From positions 5,580,001 through 5,644,000 of the forward strand of contig NC_088856.1 of the NCBI RefSeq assembly GCF_963853765.1: a DNA stretch of 64,000 nucleotides, read 5' to 3'. A program made the position numbers and the translations under genes. The notes beneath the pieces are model-generated. The model saw only the letters and a program-made list of their open reading frames with translations. It did no database searches and was not told where the DNA came from. Of the stretch, positions 48,901-60,976 are shown one piece after another; position 1 is the first letter of the stretch, and each line of letters begins with the position of its first letter. Source of the stretch: Magallana gigas (taxonomy: Eukaryota).

Positions 48901-51900
48901 CTAGAAAAACCAATGACTTTTAAGGCCCCTTCTGTGTTTTCCTCTGCTAGCGGAATTCCAAAATCTCTACAAGTATTCTGAAAACTTGACATTAATAATT
49001 TGCACCCTTCAATATCTATGGCTGCAAAAATGAAATCATCAAGGTAATGCCTTAATGTATCTTTACCTGTTTTTGTTATTGTCATCCGTTCTAGAAAACT
49101 AGCAAATTTTTCCCATAGAGCACAACTTATCGAACAGCCCATAGGGAGGCACATATCATAATAAAACTGATTGTTAAATGTAAAACCTAACAACTCTTGG
49201 TCAGCTGGATGTACGGGTAATAAACGAAAAGCTGACTTCACGTCCATTTTTGCAAGAAAAGAGTCTGTACCTAGGTAGCAATCATTTCTAAAACCTCATC
49301 AAACGGTGTGTAATACACCGTGCAATAATCTGGGTCAATGAAATCATTCACGCTACTTCCTTCAGGGAATGATAAATGATGTTTTAAACGCCAACCACCA
49401 TCTTTCTTAGTAACAATGCCTATAGGTGATAATCTAAAATTATGCAAAGGTACTTGATCGAATGGACCTGCAACACGACCTATTTCAATTTCTTTGTATA
49501 TTTTTTGTCTTACGTCCTCTGGGTGCTGTTTGGTTGAAATTAAGTTATCACACTGTCAGGTTGATGCAAAACGGGGACCAAAATAGTTGATTTTAAAACC
49601 ATATTTAAGCCATCCCTCAACTCACTAGCATCAAGAGTTTTAGGATACAAAGAAAGGTAAAGATGCATATTACACAATTTAATAGGTGTTGTTCCTGGTT
49701 TTTTGAAAGTTTGTTTTATGGGACTTTTTCCATGAGCCACGAAAAAAGTGAGGAACGGGCTTGTCAGAGCTTGGTTGCGACATAACTGTTTTGTTGTTTT
49801 GATATTTTTCATGACATTTAGTTGCCGGGTGTTTACCAGAACATTTCAAACATGTATGACTATAATGACAATATTGTCGCATACAAAACCCCTTATTTTT
49901 AAAGTCAAAGCATGCATTTCGCTAAGGCGATTGTTGCTCAGGCGCGTTTGATGGTGAATTAATATACAAAGCCATAATTCTTGATCGATTTGGTTCCAGG
50001 GAATACAATCATTTCTTGCTTTCTTGATGCGAAATTGTCTATCATATTACCTCCAACCAAATCCATGTGATCGACTAGAAGCAGTTTTTACATTTGCCAT
50101 ATATTTTAGCATCCTCTGTGCTTGATCGGGATGGGCTACTAAGTATATGCTCATGTAAATGAAAAAAGCATCTAGCCATGTTTGGATATCAAAAGTTTTG
50201 TTTTGATTCACTGGTTTGAAAGACAATTGACCGTTATTTAAAATGATTTTGTTTTCCTGGTCATTAACTTGATGTCTATCTAATAAACTGTACAATTCCA
50301 CGATTTCCCCCTTCATATTTTTTTGTTTTGAAGCATGAGCTACGTGCATGTCGAGTTCATCATTAACGCTAATTATAGCATTGTTAACTTCTAAATCTAA
50401 ATCTGCATTGTTTGAACGAACATTAATTCAATCAAAACTGGTACCTTCACATGAATCTGGCTGATGTGGGTTGATGATTGTTTCAATTTTTTGCTCAGAA
50501 TCCGTACCCGGGCCTGCCAGGGATTCCAAGTTGATTGCTGGTGGAGATTTTTCAACCAGTTGTTGGTTTCTTGAAACCACGCCATTATCTCTGGGATATT
50601 AATGTCTGGATTGTCTGTGTCAGTTCTGGGAGGATCATTTGAGATACAGATGCAGCTACTTCCTCGATGCTGACTCCGCTATTCGTCGGGTCTGTTTGGT
50701 CCGGTACGTTTTGAAGTTTCGACCTCTTAGTCCTACCCGGTAAGCGAGCTTTCCCGGCCAATTTCCTTTTATCGGTCTGCCGAACATCCGTTGAATGGGA
50801 AGCCTGACGGGGCTGCATTTCAAACAATTTTTCTTCACTCAGTCTACCCAGCTGATCTGTTTACAACCGTTGTAAAATGTGACGCAATGGGAAAAAAGTA
50901 TGACGTCACAATGTATACGGGGAATGAAATTTCCCAGATTTATTTATAGTACAGTTAGGTTTGTTCATTGCTATAATAATCTGATTTATTTTTCAAAAGA
51001 AAATAAATTTTATTATGTTTTATCAAAAGACACTGTCTGGTATAACAAATGCATTTTTTAAAATACTTTTTTATTTAAAGAAAAGGATATCACTTTCATA
51101 TCATTTTACTAATCGTTGTCTTTTTTTTCTAGTCAAAAACATCAATTTTTGGAAAAATACCATCCAACATCAACGTCAACTGTGCCTTTTAATATAGACA
51201 TGAACAAATTCACGCATAAATAAAACTCACTAATAAATGCATTATTTTAACTCGTTGAGTAAAGCAAGTATCATACCACACAATATAGATAACATCTACA
51301 TAAGAACCAATGCAAATGATGTTACCGAAGGCCCAGAAAGATATCGGTTAAAATTGCAATAGTCAAAATCACAAAAGTTAACACTCAAAGTACATTTTAA
51401 ATAATCCATTATTCCAACGAATTGTTGTTCAAAAAAATACAAATATAAAAAAACCATGCATTTTTACACGGGGAAACAATATTAGATTAATGTACCTTAA
51501 CACCTTGAAAACATTCATCCGTATCTATCTAAACTTGTCATTCGTCAAAATCTGTTTGACAGCTTTTTTGTGTACTGGGCTCTTTTTGAAAATCTATAAA
51601 TTGATGCAGCTAAGAAAACATTACAAAAAGTATTCAAAATTAGCTCATACCGTAGGATCAACGATCAGTCCAGTTCCTCTAGTATCAATGGTTGCTGTCC
51701 CAAAGTGAATACAGGGGTCGCTGTAGTGTTTCCCATTACAATCATAAGCATATCCATACTGGATTGGTTTTGATACGGTCAGAGATGTGAACGTATTATC
51801 AGTTCCATTTACCACCATGCTCTGTAAACAGACATTGCATTTTTGAAGTATTTTTTTTTTTAAAAATAACGAACATACAATTAACAACTTTAATTCCGTC

Positions 51901-54900
51901 AGTGTTTATACATATAATAAAACATGCGGTATACAAGTTTTACCTTTATCTGTAATTTCACTTTCAAAAACTCTGCTTTTTTTAACGGATGGCGAATAGC
52001 CGATTGACACTCTTGACCCTGTATTATCCAATTTGTGATGTCATGGCGAACAAAGATGTTGGGATATTTTAAAGTTATAAAATGTGAAGGTTCAGTCGCT
52101 AGGCTGTGACAGTATATTTTCGTTCTTCTCCGATTTGTTACAGTTGGATAGACCCAGTATTCTCCGTCTGTTGTAATACCAGAACAATTTGAGAGTGCGA
52201 GACATGACTCTGGAACTGCAATGACAATATTTTTTTCTAATTTGAAATTAAATTTCGTTATTGGTGAAATCTGTGAAAATTCATTAATGAATATATTTTA
52301 CATGTGAAACTGTTATAGAATTTATGACAAATCTTTTCAATGTGTTTTGATAATTTGACTTATCATTAATACAGGAACAGGCTCTGTCTTTTTATTATTA
52401 TTAAATTTTGGTTACTATGTTTATCTTCAGGTCCCCTTGGATTTATTTTTAGAACAATGGGTGAAAATTAGTTTGGACTAAAAAAAAATGTTATTATTAG
52501 ACTTCACAATATAATTCATTTTTGCTAAACTCCGATGTACAACTAAATTTTAAAAGTTATTCGTTCCAACGTAAATATATAACGATGTTAAGCAGCCAAT
52601 TCTCCCTAATTAGAATATATTGAATGTATATTGTAGCGACGATTTCGATCCAAAATATTAATATGTGTTTGCCGTTTTGGGGTTTTTTTTAAATCTTACC
52701 CCATCGAGTTCCTCTGTCCTCCAACACCCAGTAATAGTCGATGTCACCGCTATCATCACTGTCGTAGATCACGTTGAAGAGGTCACATGACCCGTTAGCC
52801 ATGTTGTACAATAATGACACACAGTCCGGTTCCTGGGTACACTTGGAGGCACAATAACTACGACGGGAGAAATGTCCCGACCATATTGCCATATAAAGTT
52901 CTATAAGGTCATCTCGGGTTGAAGTGCGTCTCAGAAAAATATCCGCTGTAAGAAATTGATATCATTGTGCACGCTATGTTCCTTTTTGTCTTTAAGGATA
53001 CAACATATGAAAAATTTCTAAATCTTAAGGAAATGAACCCCTCAAATTAAAAGTGATAAATATTTTCTATTTAAAATACAGTGACATAGTTTATGATAAA
53101 AAAAATAACACATCCTTTCATTTTGAATTCCGATGGTCACACACTTAAGCATCTACTAAGTATTAAAATAGGTTGTTTTCATTTTTTTTCTAGTTTAAGT
53201 GTGAATCGCATATCCTTATTTCAAAAATCATAGAATTACACCCACATTAAGGTCCGAAATGTGTTCCTCAATTCCTTCATATTTCATTACAAATGACAGT
53301 TTAAAACATGATTTTTCATCATGTTTACCAAAAATGTTAGCCCCGGTACACCCTATCAAAGCTATTGTTATTAAGCATCATTGAAAGAATTTATATCTTA
53401 AATTTTATGAATCTGTAGGCACCTTTCATTTACTAGAATTGACCTTAAAGCGCCCTTTAGATTACATTTTTTGATATTTTTTTTTATTTGCAACAGTTAA
53501 ACAAACAAAACGACTTTCTACGTCAATCTTTTCAATTGATATTATAGAATATACATGTAAATTATTAGAGACCTGATAAATACCTTAGAATGGATGAATT
53601 AAAAAAAGCTTACTATCAATCTTCTGAAAACACAATGTATAGTTATTGGTACGGAACAAACAGTAAGAAATTGTAGCGATTTATCTATACAACTTGAGAG
53701 AGTTGTCATTGAAAATGTGTCGTGTGCAAAACTTTAATGAGTTTACATTTAATAATGTTTCTCTTGGTCATGAAAATATTGATATATTGTCAAAAAAAAC
53801 TTGCAAGTAATATAGGTGTGTTGAGTATATTACGTTCATTTATGTCATCTGAATTATTGTGGAAAATTTTTTAATAAAATTGTTTTTCGACATTTGTATT
53901 ACTGCTCTACTTTCTTAAGATACATGAAGAACAAACATGGTCTTGACAAGTTATGTGAACTTCAGCAGCGAGCCGCTAGGGTGATTTTAAACAGCCAGTT
54001 TTACTCATGTATGTCAAAAATGCTACAGCAACTAAATTGGATGCCTTTTGCAGATTACTTTGAGTACAGAACAATTATTCCTGTTTTTAAATTTTACATG
54101 ATTTTACTTCAAATTAACTAGACACTTTAAGATATGTAAATGAAATAAACACAAGATCAACCACATCCAGCCGAAGTAATGCTTTATACATTGCACGAGC
54201 AAAGACAGAATATTTTAAAAGATCTTTTACAGTTTACGTCGCACTTTTATGGAATTATTTATCTCTATTTTGACATGTTACCCAACTTTAGAATCTTATC
54301 AATATGCTTATCGCAGAGAATACTTTTATTTGGCGTTACAGAGATAGCCTGTACTTATTTTCGTCGAAGGTTTATATAGTGTATGACTCTATTTTAGGCA
54401 ATTACATGTAGTTTAATCACAAATAATGTATCTTTATATTTATCTTAGAAATACATGGTTTGTATGTTTTATCAGTTTCTGTATATAGTTGCTGTCTGCA
54501 AGTACATGCACGTTTTCAAGACCCCAATGTGAACTAATTTTTGTAAGCTTCTTGTGTTATCCTGTATAATTAAAGGACATAATTATTATTTAATCTTTTC
54601 AAAGCTACTAACATATCTATTATCAGACGCCTAAAAACACAAAATGTTATCATAAATTAATTATTATATTCTTAGACTCAGATTTCCTCATAAAAGATAG
54701 ATAGTTACATATACATAGGGATGAACAATGTAAAAAGGACAATAGCAAACAGTCAACCATCTTAAAAATCCTTAAAACGAAATACAAATTCAAAGCAGAG
54801 CAACACGGACCTCTAAAAAGATAGAGGTAGGATCAGGTGCCATGTAGGAGAGAACATCCTCTTCTGACCGGTCACACCCGCCGTAAGCTCCTTGTCGTAA

Positions 54901-57190
54901 TCGGGGAGGGGGGGGGACAGCAAAGTCCGTAGACAATTAGGTGATTAATTATGGTCTAACAATATGTATGAAAAACGTCAGTTAGCATTCGACCCAGTGG
55001 AAGATTGTATTTGCTGACAAGGTCGTTGTATAGACCATAGGACTTACGAAAATATGAATTCAATTGAGACTGTTGATAGTCCTGTTTTATCAACTTGTTT
55101 GTCAGTAACTTGCCTCGCCTTAGAAACTGTTCATACGAAGAGAATGCCCTTGTGTATCGAATTAACTGAGAGACAAAAACACCAAATGCAGGTGATGAAG
55201 GTATATTGCTACATAAGTAAGGAAAGTTGACTACAGAAAAATCGAAGTCATCACGTTTATCACGTTTTGTCGTTAGGTTACCATATCAATGTCCATTTCC
55301 AGTAAATATCCAAATAGTTTAACTTTATTTTATATTATAACCCTTTGTACTAATCTAGTAGCTATTAATTCATCTTAAACGAGTATATTCTGTCGCAAAA
55401 TATCAGAGCTCTGTAATCACTGTGCTATATAATTGTTGTTTTAACGTGCTATCTTAGCGTGTGTTTCCGTTTTGCATACATTTGATAATAAGGTACAAAA
55501 CAAAAGGTGTGAATCGTGTTTGATATCAATTTTTTCAAGTCTGCTTTTTATCTAAGATTTTCCTGTATTTTTCAGATGCATTTCAAAGAAGAGTCTACCT
55601 AATTATATTGTACATGTATTCAAGTGGTGCACTTTATTTAGATTAACGATTTTAACAAACGTTAATTCTTTAAGTGTTTTTTTTTTATTCATTCCTGCTA
55701 TACAATTTTGTTGTTAGATTCAGCTAATGAAGTACACCAAACACATACTACTTGCACATATGAATTGCTATTCACCATTTTTAAATGAAAAATTGGTACA
55801 AGCCTATCTTAGCTGACGTTATACACATCTGTATCATCTTAGATGCCAAAACACATACTTGCACTCATTCCTTACTGAAACCATATCTAAATTGAATCGT
55901 TTTCACCTCATATTTCTAATGAACTATGATTGAAAGCATTCTTAATTTACTATAATTTTAATCATGAAAGTAATAAAAAAAAATAATCATCATTACAGGC
56001 ATTTTTCAGGGTAATCGATTAAATTACAATTACTTGTAATAAGAAAAATGAGTGATTACTGATTATTCAAGATTATACAGCAACCTGTAATTGGTTACAG
56101 TTGATTATGATTACTCCATCCATGTGCCAGAGGATGGTTTCCGAAAGTTTTGAGTTCATACCTACGTTTTACCAGTTTGGTGTAAAAGTACATTTCTTCA
56201 ATGTTTAATTATCTTTTCTTTGATCAGGCGTATGCTTAACTGAGAGTTTTTGTAATGCTGTCCCTTATTATTAGCACTTTTTAATGCAATATGTGCCATA
56301 AAATTTCTCCTATGCGAATTGTAAGTTACCATCTAACCATGTAAATAATAGATATTTGATTAAAAGCTCCTATTCAAGTGACATTCTCTGTTTTGAACTT
56401 TCTTCCTTTCGAAGAAAAATCCGAATTAAAAAAAATGACAATGGATTCTTATCCTTTTCTTTATAAATGTACTATCATATTGACATGTGAACCACTACCT
56501 ACAAATAAAATACAATAACAATTCTAGCAAATGATTGTCCTAAAACATTCAATGCAAAATTTAAATTTCAGGTTTCCTTATTTAAAAATTTTGAAAAAAA
56601 AACATAGTTGTCTAAAACAACATTTAGCAACATTCCTGCTGTGTTTTTCTGATATATTTTCTCGCAAACTCGTCATAACCAAATTAGAGAATAAAAGAAT
56701 TTTGTACCGACGAAATTTAAAAACTTTATGCAAATGTCTACCGCCAATAGTGTTTTATAATTAACGATAGGTTAATACAAAGAGTCTGTTTAAAACCAAA
56801 CCTTTAGCCTTTTAAGTGTAATTTTCTCATGTTACTACTTACATATACTTCATCTTTTTGCAATAAGAAACAAATGGATCAATTATTAGATTGTTCTCAC
56901 GTATTTTAATCCTACTGACAATTTGAATTCACCATTTTACAAAGGCTAATTTGAACTGAAAGCTACATTAAAATTGTTTTTTCTCCATAAGATTTATTTG
57001 TTTAGGAAAGAAATCTGTAGTACATCATCTTGTCTTGGTTATTTAATGATGACATGAAGTGGTTGATGACAACATTTACGGGTGATGACAACATTTATTC
57101 ATCAGTAATGATGTTTCTTTATTATATCAATGCTAAAAACAATTTTATTAATGTTTATTAATGCTTTATTATTTAAGAATAATAATATAT

Positions 57191-57241
<51 letters not shown>

Positions 57242-57244
57242 TAT

Positions 57245-57280
<36 letters not shown>

Positions 57281-57940
57281 TCGATTGTATCCATTGACTT
57301 TTTTTTGCAATCAAAGGCCAAGCTTTAAGCGAATTTAATAAAAAAAATTCTTACATTATTGTGTCATTGGGTTATATACATTTGTGTTATATCTTTTTCG
57401 CTCTTGTTTTGCTTGCAAAGTAATAATTCACAACAATTATTATATGATAAGTACTGCTCTTTTAATATGTTTACACATTTTTAAAGATTAGCATGATTCA
57501 TAATAATCACAACATCAGGTTTAACACGGACTACAATAGAACTTTGCGGTATTTTCAAAAAGCTGGCGATATATTTTGAGGATGTCCTAAATTATTAGTT
57601 ATATTTTCTCACATGTTTAGGATTCTTATGATAAATTAGTTCTATTAAGTTATATTCATCGTACGTGTTCAAAAATATGTACATCTAATTAATGATAATA
57701 TTATGAAAAAGATATTGCGTGCCTTAATAGTAATACTTTATGTTAGATATTGTATTATAAACAAGAAGCGAAATAACTTGCATCAACATGGTTATACTTA
57801 TGGAAATATCAGTTTTACTATTTTTTTATTTTGAAATTAATATAACTACTTAACGATTAACTAAAAGTCTTACCTGTTTTTCCACAAGATTTAGTTATAA
57901 GAAGTAGACACAGAATTGCAACAATCATCTTCGGTATCAT
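42908..57940 (-). CDS. Secreted PAN/Apple + GON domain protein, paralog 2 (318 aa, 6 coding exons)
   Basis: join complement(57874-57940, 52700-52945, 51944-52215, 51651-51821, 43035-43188, 42908-42954) = 957 nt. GT-AG introns with the same phases as paralog 1 and no internal stop. Signal-like MIPKMIVAILCLLLITKSCGKT; ends SAAEAQAVICNKWN. Confidence 0.85.
43035..43188 (-). CDS. Paralog 2 exon 5 (GON domain)
   Basis: 154 nt; acceptor CTTTCAG, donor A|GTGAGT; SFTCAGWCGLCGP. Confidence 0.85.
43761..44264. mobile_element. Kolobok-like non-autonomous DNA transposon
   Basis: TTAA flanks (43757-43760, 44265-44268); TIR GGTAGTCTATC / GATGGGCTACC (9 of 11 match). Confidence 0.6.
44667..44886. mobile_element. 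Tc1/mariner(pogo)-type MITE
   Basis: Imperfect TIRs CACTATAAATTCCTAATAAAACGCGAG / CTCGCGTAATATTAGGACTTACAGTA; terminal TA at the right end. Confidence 0.6.
46547..47227 (-). CDS. SGNH/GDSL-type hydrolase ORF of the Ngaro element
   Basis: Block I IWIISSSII, block II WQGKGG, block III GGNDIG, block V DGVHL; overlaps the 3' end of the YR ORF. Confidence 0.82.
   Translation of the reverse strand: MRTKATLELKRIFVFSLYTYLLSYIGQERNIWIISSSIIKWAFQRACLSEEKAHLGLQRQNYRILWQGKGGLTLNKLFPRIQLLLRYEPSPDILIIQCGGNDIGNVPLLDLRTKMKEIFQRIQTRLPNTILGWSHILPRSSWRYSNNVKSQNFAAKRINSFMSKLFVQNDCFYISYPEIAWGSYGLFRKDGVHLTELGNDILLYNLQSTLQKICSFNGERGTRPVY
47079..48185 (-). CDS. Tyrosine recombinase of the Ngaro element (368-aa ORF)
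   Basis: FFRVVEFT, HSFRIGAAS and GRWSSNAYKSY give an R..H-x-x-R..W..Y catalytic set. Confidence 0.9.
   Translation of the reverse strand: MDKVQIARTGSGRSSFAHSRRFHEDDIRAEIELLALNSVAANTKISYNNSLRIFSSFRKDYGFSDIWGPPVSHLCVFIAHMSLKGLAYSTISSYLAGISFKCKLLCTNDCTKYFLVRYLLEGVKRSRKSIDQRLPITQDILKKLTSSSSYVCSSNFETLLFFAAFSLAYHAFFRVVEFTRSNTNNIHHIIGIKDIQIINDQSINRKLLKLTVPFSKTGQSGKDSSIQLVESDTQAVCPILLLLRYLSVRPNIGGQLFIHMDGSPFTRYQFTSVLNKSIDIICLSNSIYTSHSFRIGAASDSFLKGHSESEIMKKGRWSSNAYKSYIRIKKNFCFFLIYIFVIIYRSRKEHLDNKFIYYQVGFPTRLSF
48092..49400 (-). pseudogene. Ngaro reverse transcriptase / RNase H, frameshifted
   Basis: MDVKSAFRLLPV, LPMGCSISC, HYLDDFIF, FLGIEID, HTDN, NSIADSIS. Confidence 0.88.
49679..50827 (-). pseudogene. 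Ngaro gag-like ORF, frameshifted
   Basis: Fragments 50585-50827, 50047-50349 (WLDAFFIY) and 49679-49882 (CHYSHTCLKCSGKHPATKC zinc finger). Confidence 0.7.
51651..51821 (-). CDS. Paralog 2 exon 4 (GON domain)
   Basis: 171 nt; YGYAYDCNG..IDTRGTGLIVDPT. Confidence 0.88.
51944..52215 (-). CDS. Paralog 2 exon 3 (GON domain)
   Basis: 272 nt; PESCLALSNCSGITTDGEYWVYPTV..KIYCHSL. Confidence 0.88.
52700..52945 (-). CDS. Paralog 2 exon 2 (PAN/Apple domain)
   Basis: 246 nt, phase 1-1; CASKCTQEPDCVSLLYNMANGSCDL. Confidence 0.88.
54720..55290. mobile_element. Dispersed repeat remnant with structured GC-rich core (family uncertain)
   Basis: Core CACGGACCTCTA..TAGAGGTAGGATCAGGTGCC..GACCGGTCACACCCGCCGT resembles, from recollection only, a common bivalve retroelement-end repeat. 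Confidence 0.4.
57178..57280. repeat. (TAA)n microsatellite, interrupted twice
   Basis: Directly visible AAT run with two ATATTT interruptions. Confidence 0.95.
57874..57940 (-). CDS. Paralog 2 exon 1 (signal peptide)
   Basis: MIPKMIVAILCLLLITKSCGKT; donor ACAG|GTAAG; shares the GKT end with paralog 1. Confidence 0.75.
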
Positions 57941-58394
57941 TTTTCTTTTGTCGGAAAAGAAATCAGTACATCAAGCAAATAGCTGCGAATTTAAGATTTT
58001 CTATTTTTTACACAAACACTGATGATCGATTTGATATGTGTTTGTATTTCTTTTAGGCACGAAACATCAAAAGATTTACTCTTTTGTTAATTAGATAATA
58101 CATTTATCATTTTTTAAGGTTAATGTCTTTAACAATTTGCAAAAACATAGTATTACAAGAATTTGTTAATCAATTATGACTTTTTAATAGAACCTTAATT
58201 TGCAGTAAAAGTTCGGTCTCCCTTTGTTTTTAAATTTGTTTGGATTTGTCGTGAGGTAATGGTCTGATGAACATAGACGTTTGTCATTAATGATGCAGCA
58301 TTATTCTCAATTACGTTCATAACAGTTTCTATTTTTAATTCATTTATAAAACAAAATCACGCTTACAGTCAGCTCAAGCATATCCTTTACAACG

Positions 58395-58419
58395 TCCACC
58401 ATAGCATACATGTAGCATT

Positions 58420-58451
<32 letters not shown>

Positions 58452-58830
58452 GTATTGCATTGGAATCTTATACCATAGCATACAATCTCACAGAATTTCA
58501 TTTGTCATGTCATAACATTGCATACTAAAGCAAGGCATAAAATATTATTTTAACTCGGTTTCACATCTTTTTATTTGAAAAAGTAAATGTTCACATTGCA
58601 TATTTGTGGTTAACTTTGGCTTTTTATTTTTTTACATCGAAATGTTTGGAACTCTTCTGTGTATGGAGGCCTTTTTCGTTCAAATCTCATAGCATATCAT
58701 TGCATAGCATAGCATACCATATCATAAAGGCTTACATTTTAATTTCTCATAGAATAGCATACAAATGTCATAGCATAGCATACAAATCTCAGAGCATATC
58801 ATTTATATCGCATAGCATAGCATAAAATTG
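58395..58830. repeat. Degenerate (CATAG)n / ATCTCATAGCAT low-complexity repeats in two blocks
   Basis: CATAGCATAG and AAATCTCATAG units at ~58395-58520 and ~58680-58830. Confidence 0.6.
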
Positions 58831-60976
58831 TAAAAGATATGCTTGAAAAGACTGTAACAGATATTCACATGGTTTTATCAGCCTTTGAGAAGTCCTAATA
58901 AGAGCATGTTTTCTAAATTTTAACAAAAGTACATATACGATTCAGTTTTTAAACTACTCTAAAAAGTATTCTATTATTTTAGTCTATTTTTTGACGTTGT
59001 TTCTACAAAAAAGTGGAAATTGGGCATTTTAACAAAAAATAAATTTAAGCTAACATGATGAGAGTCGATTTCCTTACAATCCATTCATGCAATATTTGCT
59101 TTCCTTTTTCTGTTTGACATAGAATGATTGGTTAACTTAAATTATACACCGCTGTCAATGCAAGCGGTGTGAAAAAAATTTGTCGGTAATGGTTTACGGT
59201 TATTTTTAAATAGAAAAACGTTCAAATTGTTTATCAATGTATTAGATGTCTTCTTTTCAATAAATTTGATATCGCATACTATATCAATGCGTTAACAGAT
59301 ATTCACAAATATCAGTATATTTTTTTCAACGTTTAATCAGTGTTTCTTTCCGCCTTATTTAGAACAAATCTCGTGCATCTATCCCACAAAAACTGTTGTA
59401 AGTATTCCTTTCATTAATAATAATTCTAACCTATCCTACTTTACAATTAAAGCAATGCTGTCATTTTATTTCTAAAAACACATATATTGATAAAACATGA
59501 TGACTTTTTTAATTAGGAATTGATATATGAGAAGTTAAATAAAAACACATTAGTTTTAATTTCAATAAACATTAAAGAAAAATTTCACGAAGAAATAAAA
59601 TCTATAAAGAGCTAAAAAATTACATTTCACTTTTCTTGTGATGTATTTTCAGTTGGATTATGTATCTATAAAAATATCCATACAAACATGAATTTAACCT
59701 ACTAGTATTAGATTACTAAAACATTATCAATTTAACTAAACATATCTGATAAACAAACGTAAGTAACTCAAATAATGTAAATTAATCATTGATGCAGATT
59801 CTGAAATTGTTGTTCGTATCCGTAAACAGGTCTACACTGGAATACATTATTTATCCTTCCTTATGAAAGAAACACAAAAATAACGACTCGGTTCCGGAAA
59901 ATTGTGCATGTAAGATATGCATTTCATTTATCATTCGATCTTTCCATCTTCATTTATATATTACCCTCTTGTTTGCTTTGATATGTCATGGAAATGTAAT
60001 ACTTAAACAATTAATGTGACTTTTATGTAAATATGTTAAAAAAGGAAACAACTCATACTTGCCACTAGAGCATACGTGTTCTATTTGATGCTAATAATAT
60101 TGAAATCAACTTCTTTTCGTTAAGTGTTTCAATTGTTTTTCACAGAGTCTAAAATTTGATCACAATCACCATCTTTGGATTTTTATGAAGTCAAACAAAC
60201 ACAATGAATATCTTTTGAGGACGTGTACAAACCAGTGACGCATACACAAAGGGATATAACTTAAATCTGGAATTCAACACAGTGGAATTTACAGCGTATT
60301 TTCAGAAGTGTGTCTAGATGTACACCGCTATTTGATTTCGCGATGATTTATAAAGCCTTATGAAAACAAACTTATGGATACTAAGTGTACTTGACATTTT
60401 GCTGTTTTTATTCCATTAAATAAATTTCCCAAGCATTCATTTTCATTGAAAACAGCGTAAAATTTTATTTCAAATTTGTAAAATTAGTGAACATTGCAAT
60501 GAGTGACAAAAATGTAAAAATAGGATCTCTAATGTTTTGCGATGGTTAATGATTTTTACGCAACAAGATGTGTTTTTTTTATCCTCGAGCTTTGGAGAGG
60601 GCATAGAAAACACACGACGAGTTGGATAAAAACCATATACCAGATATTTAGATATATATATATTTCAGAGATTCTGTTTATCACATGTGTTACCACGTCT
60701 TTTGTTAAACCTAAATCTTTTTCTGTAAACATTATATTGATGAGCCGCACAACACATTCCCTGCAAGACTTAACACTTTTAAACTGAATTATTTTGTTTC
60801 TTCTTCGTTCTACGTCAATCATTCGCCTAAAGCTAATATGAAGCAAATCATGCAGTTGCTACTTCGGGTAAACTGAGTTAAACAAATTATTACGGTTCCA
60901 TATTAGTATTACTGATTTATTATTCCTTTAAAATTTTGTTTCAAATGGCAACGTGGTTATATCACATTGATTCTTA

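Larger units (their letters stand above)
45165..51016 (-). mobile_element. Ngaro-type (DIRS order) tyrosine-recombinase retrotransposon with split direct repeats
   Basis: On the minus strand: A1 (51016-50827), gag, RT, RNase H, YR, SGNH hydrolase, B1 (46468-46049), A2 (46053-45863), spacer, B2 (45584-45165). Lies in intron 4 of paralog 2. Confidence 0.88.

Noticed and set aside
57102-57314. Poly-Leu membrane-like ORF
   Set aside because: Translation of the (TAA)n microsatellite.
18724-57940. Calling the genes ADAMTS9/gon-1 orthologs
   Set aside because: Signal exon joins directly to PAN and then GON; there are no prodomain, HExxH metalloprotease or thrombospondin exons, so no gene symbol was assigned.
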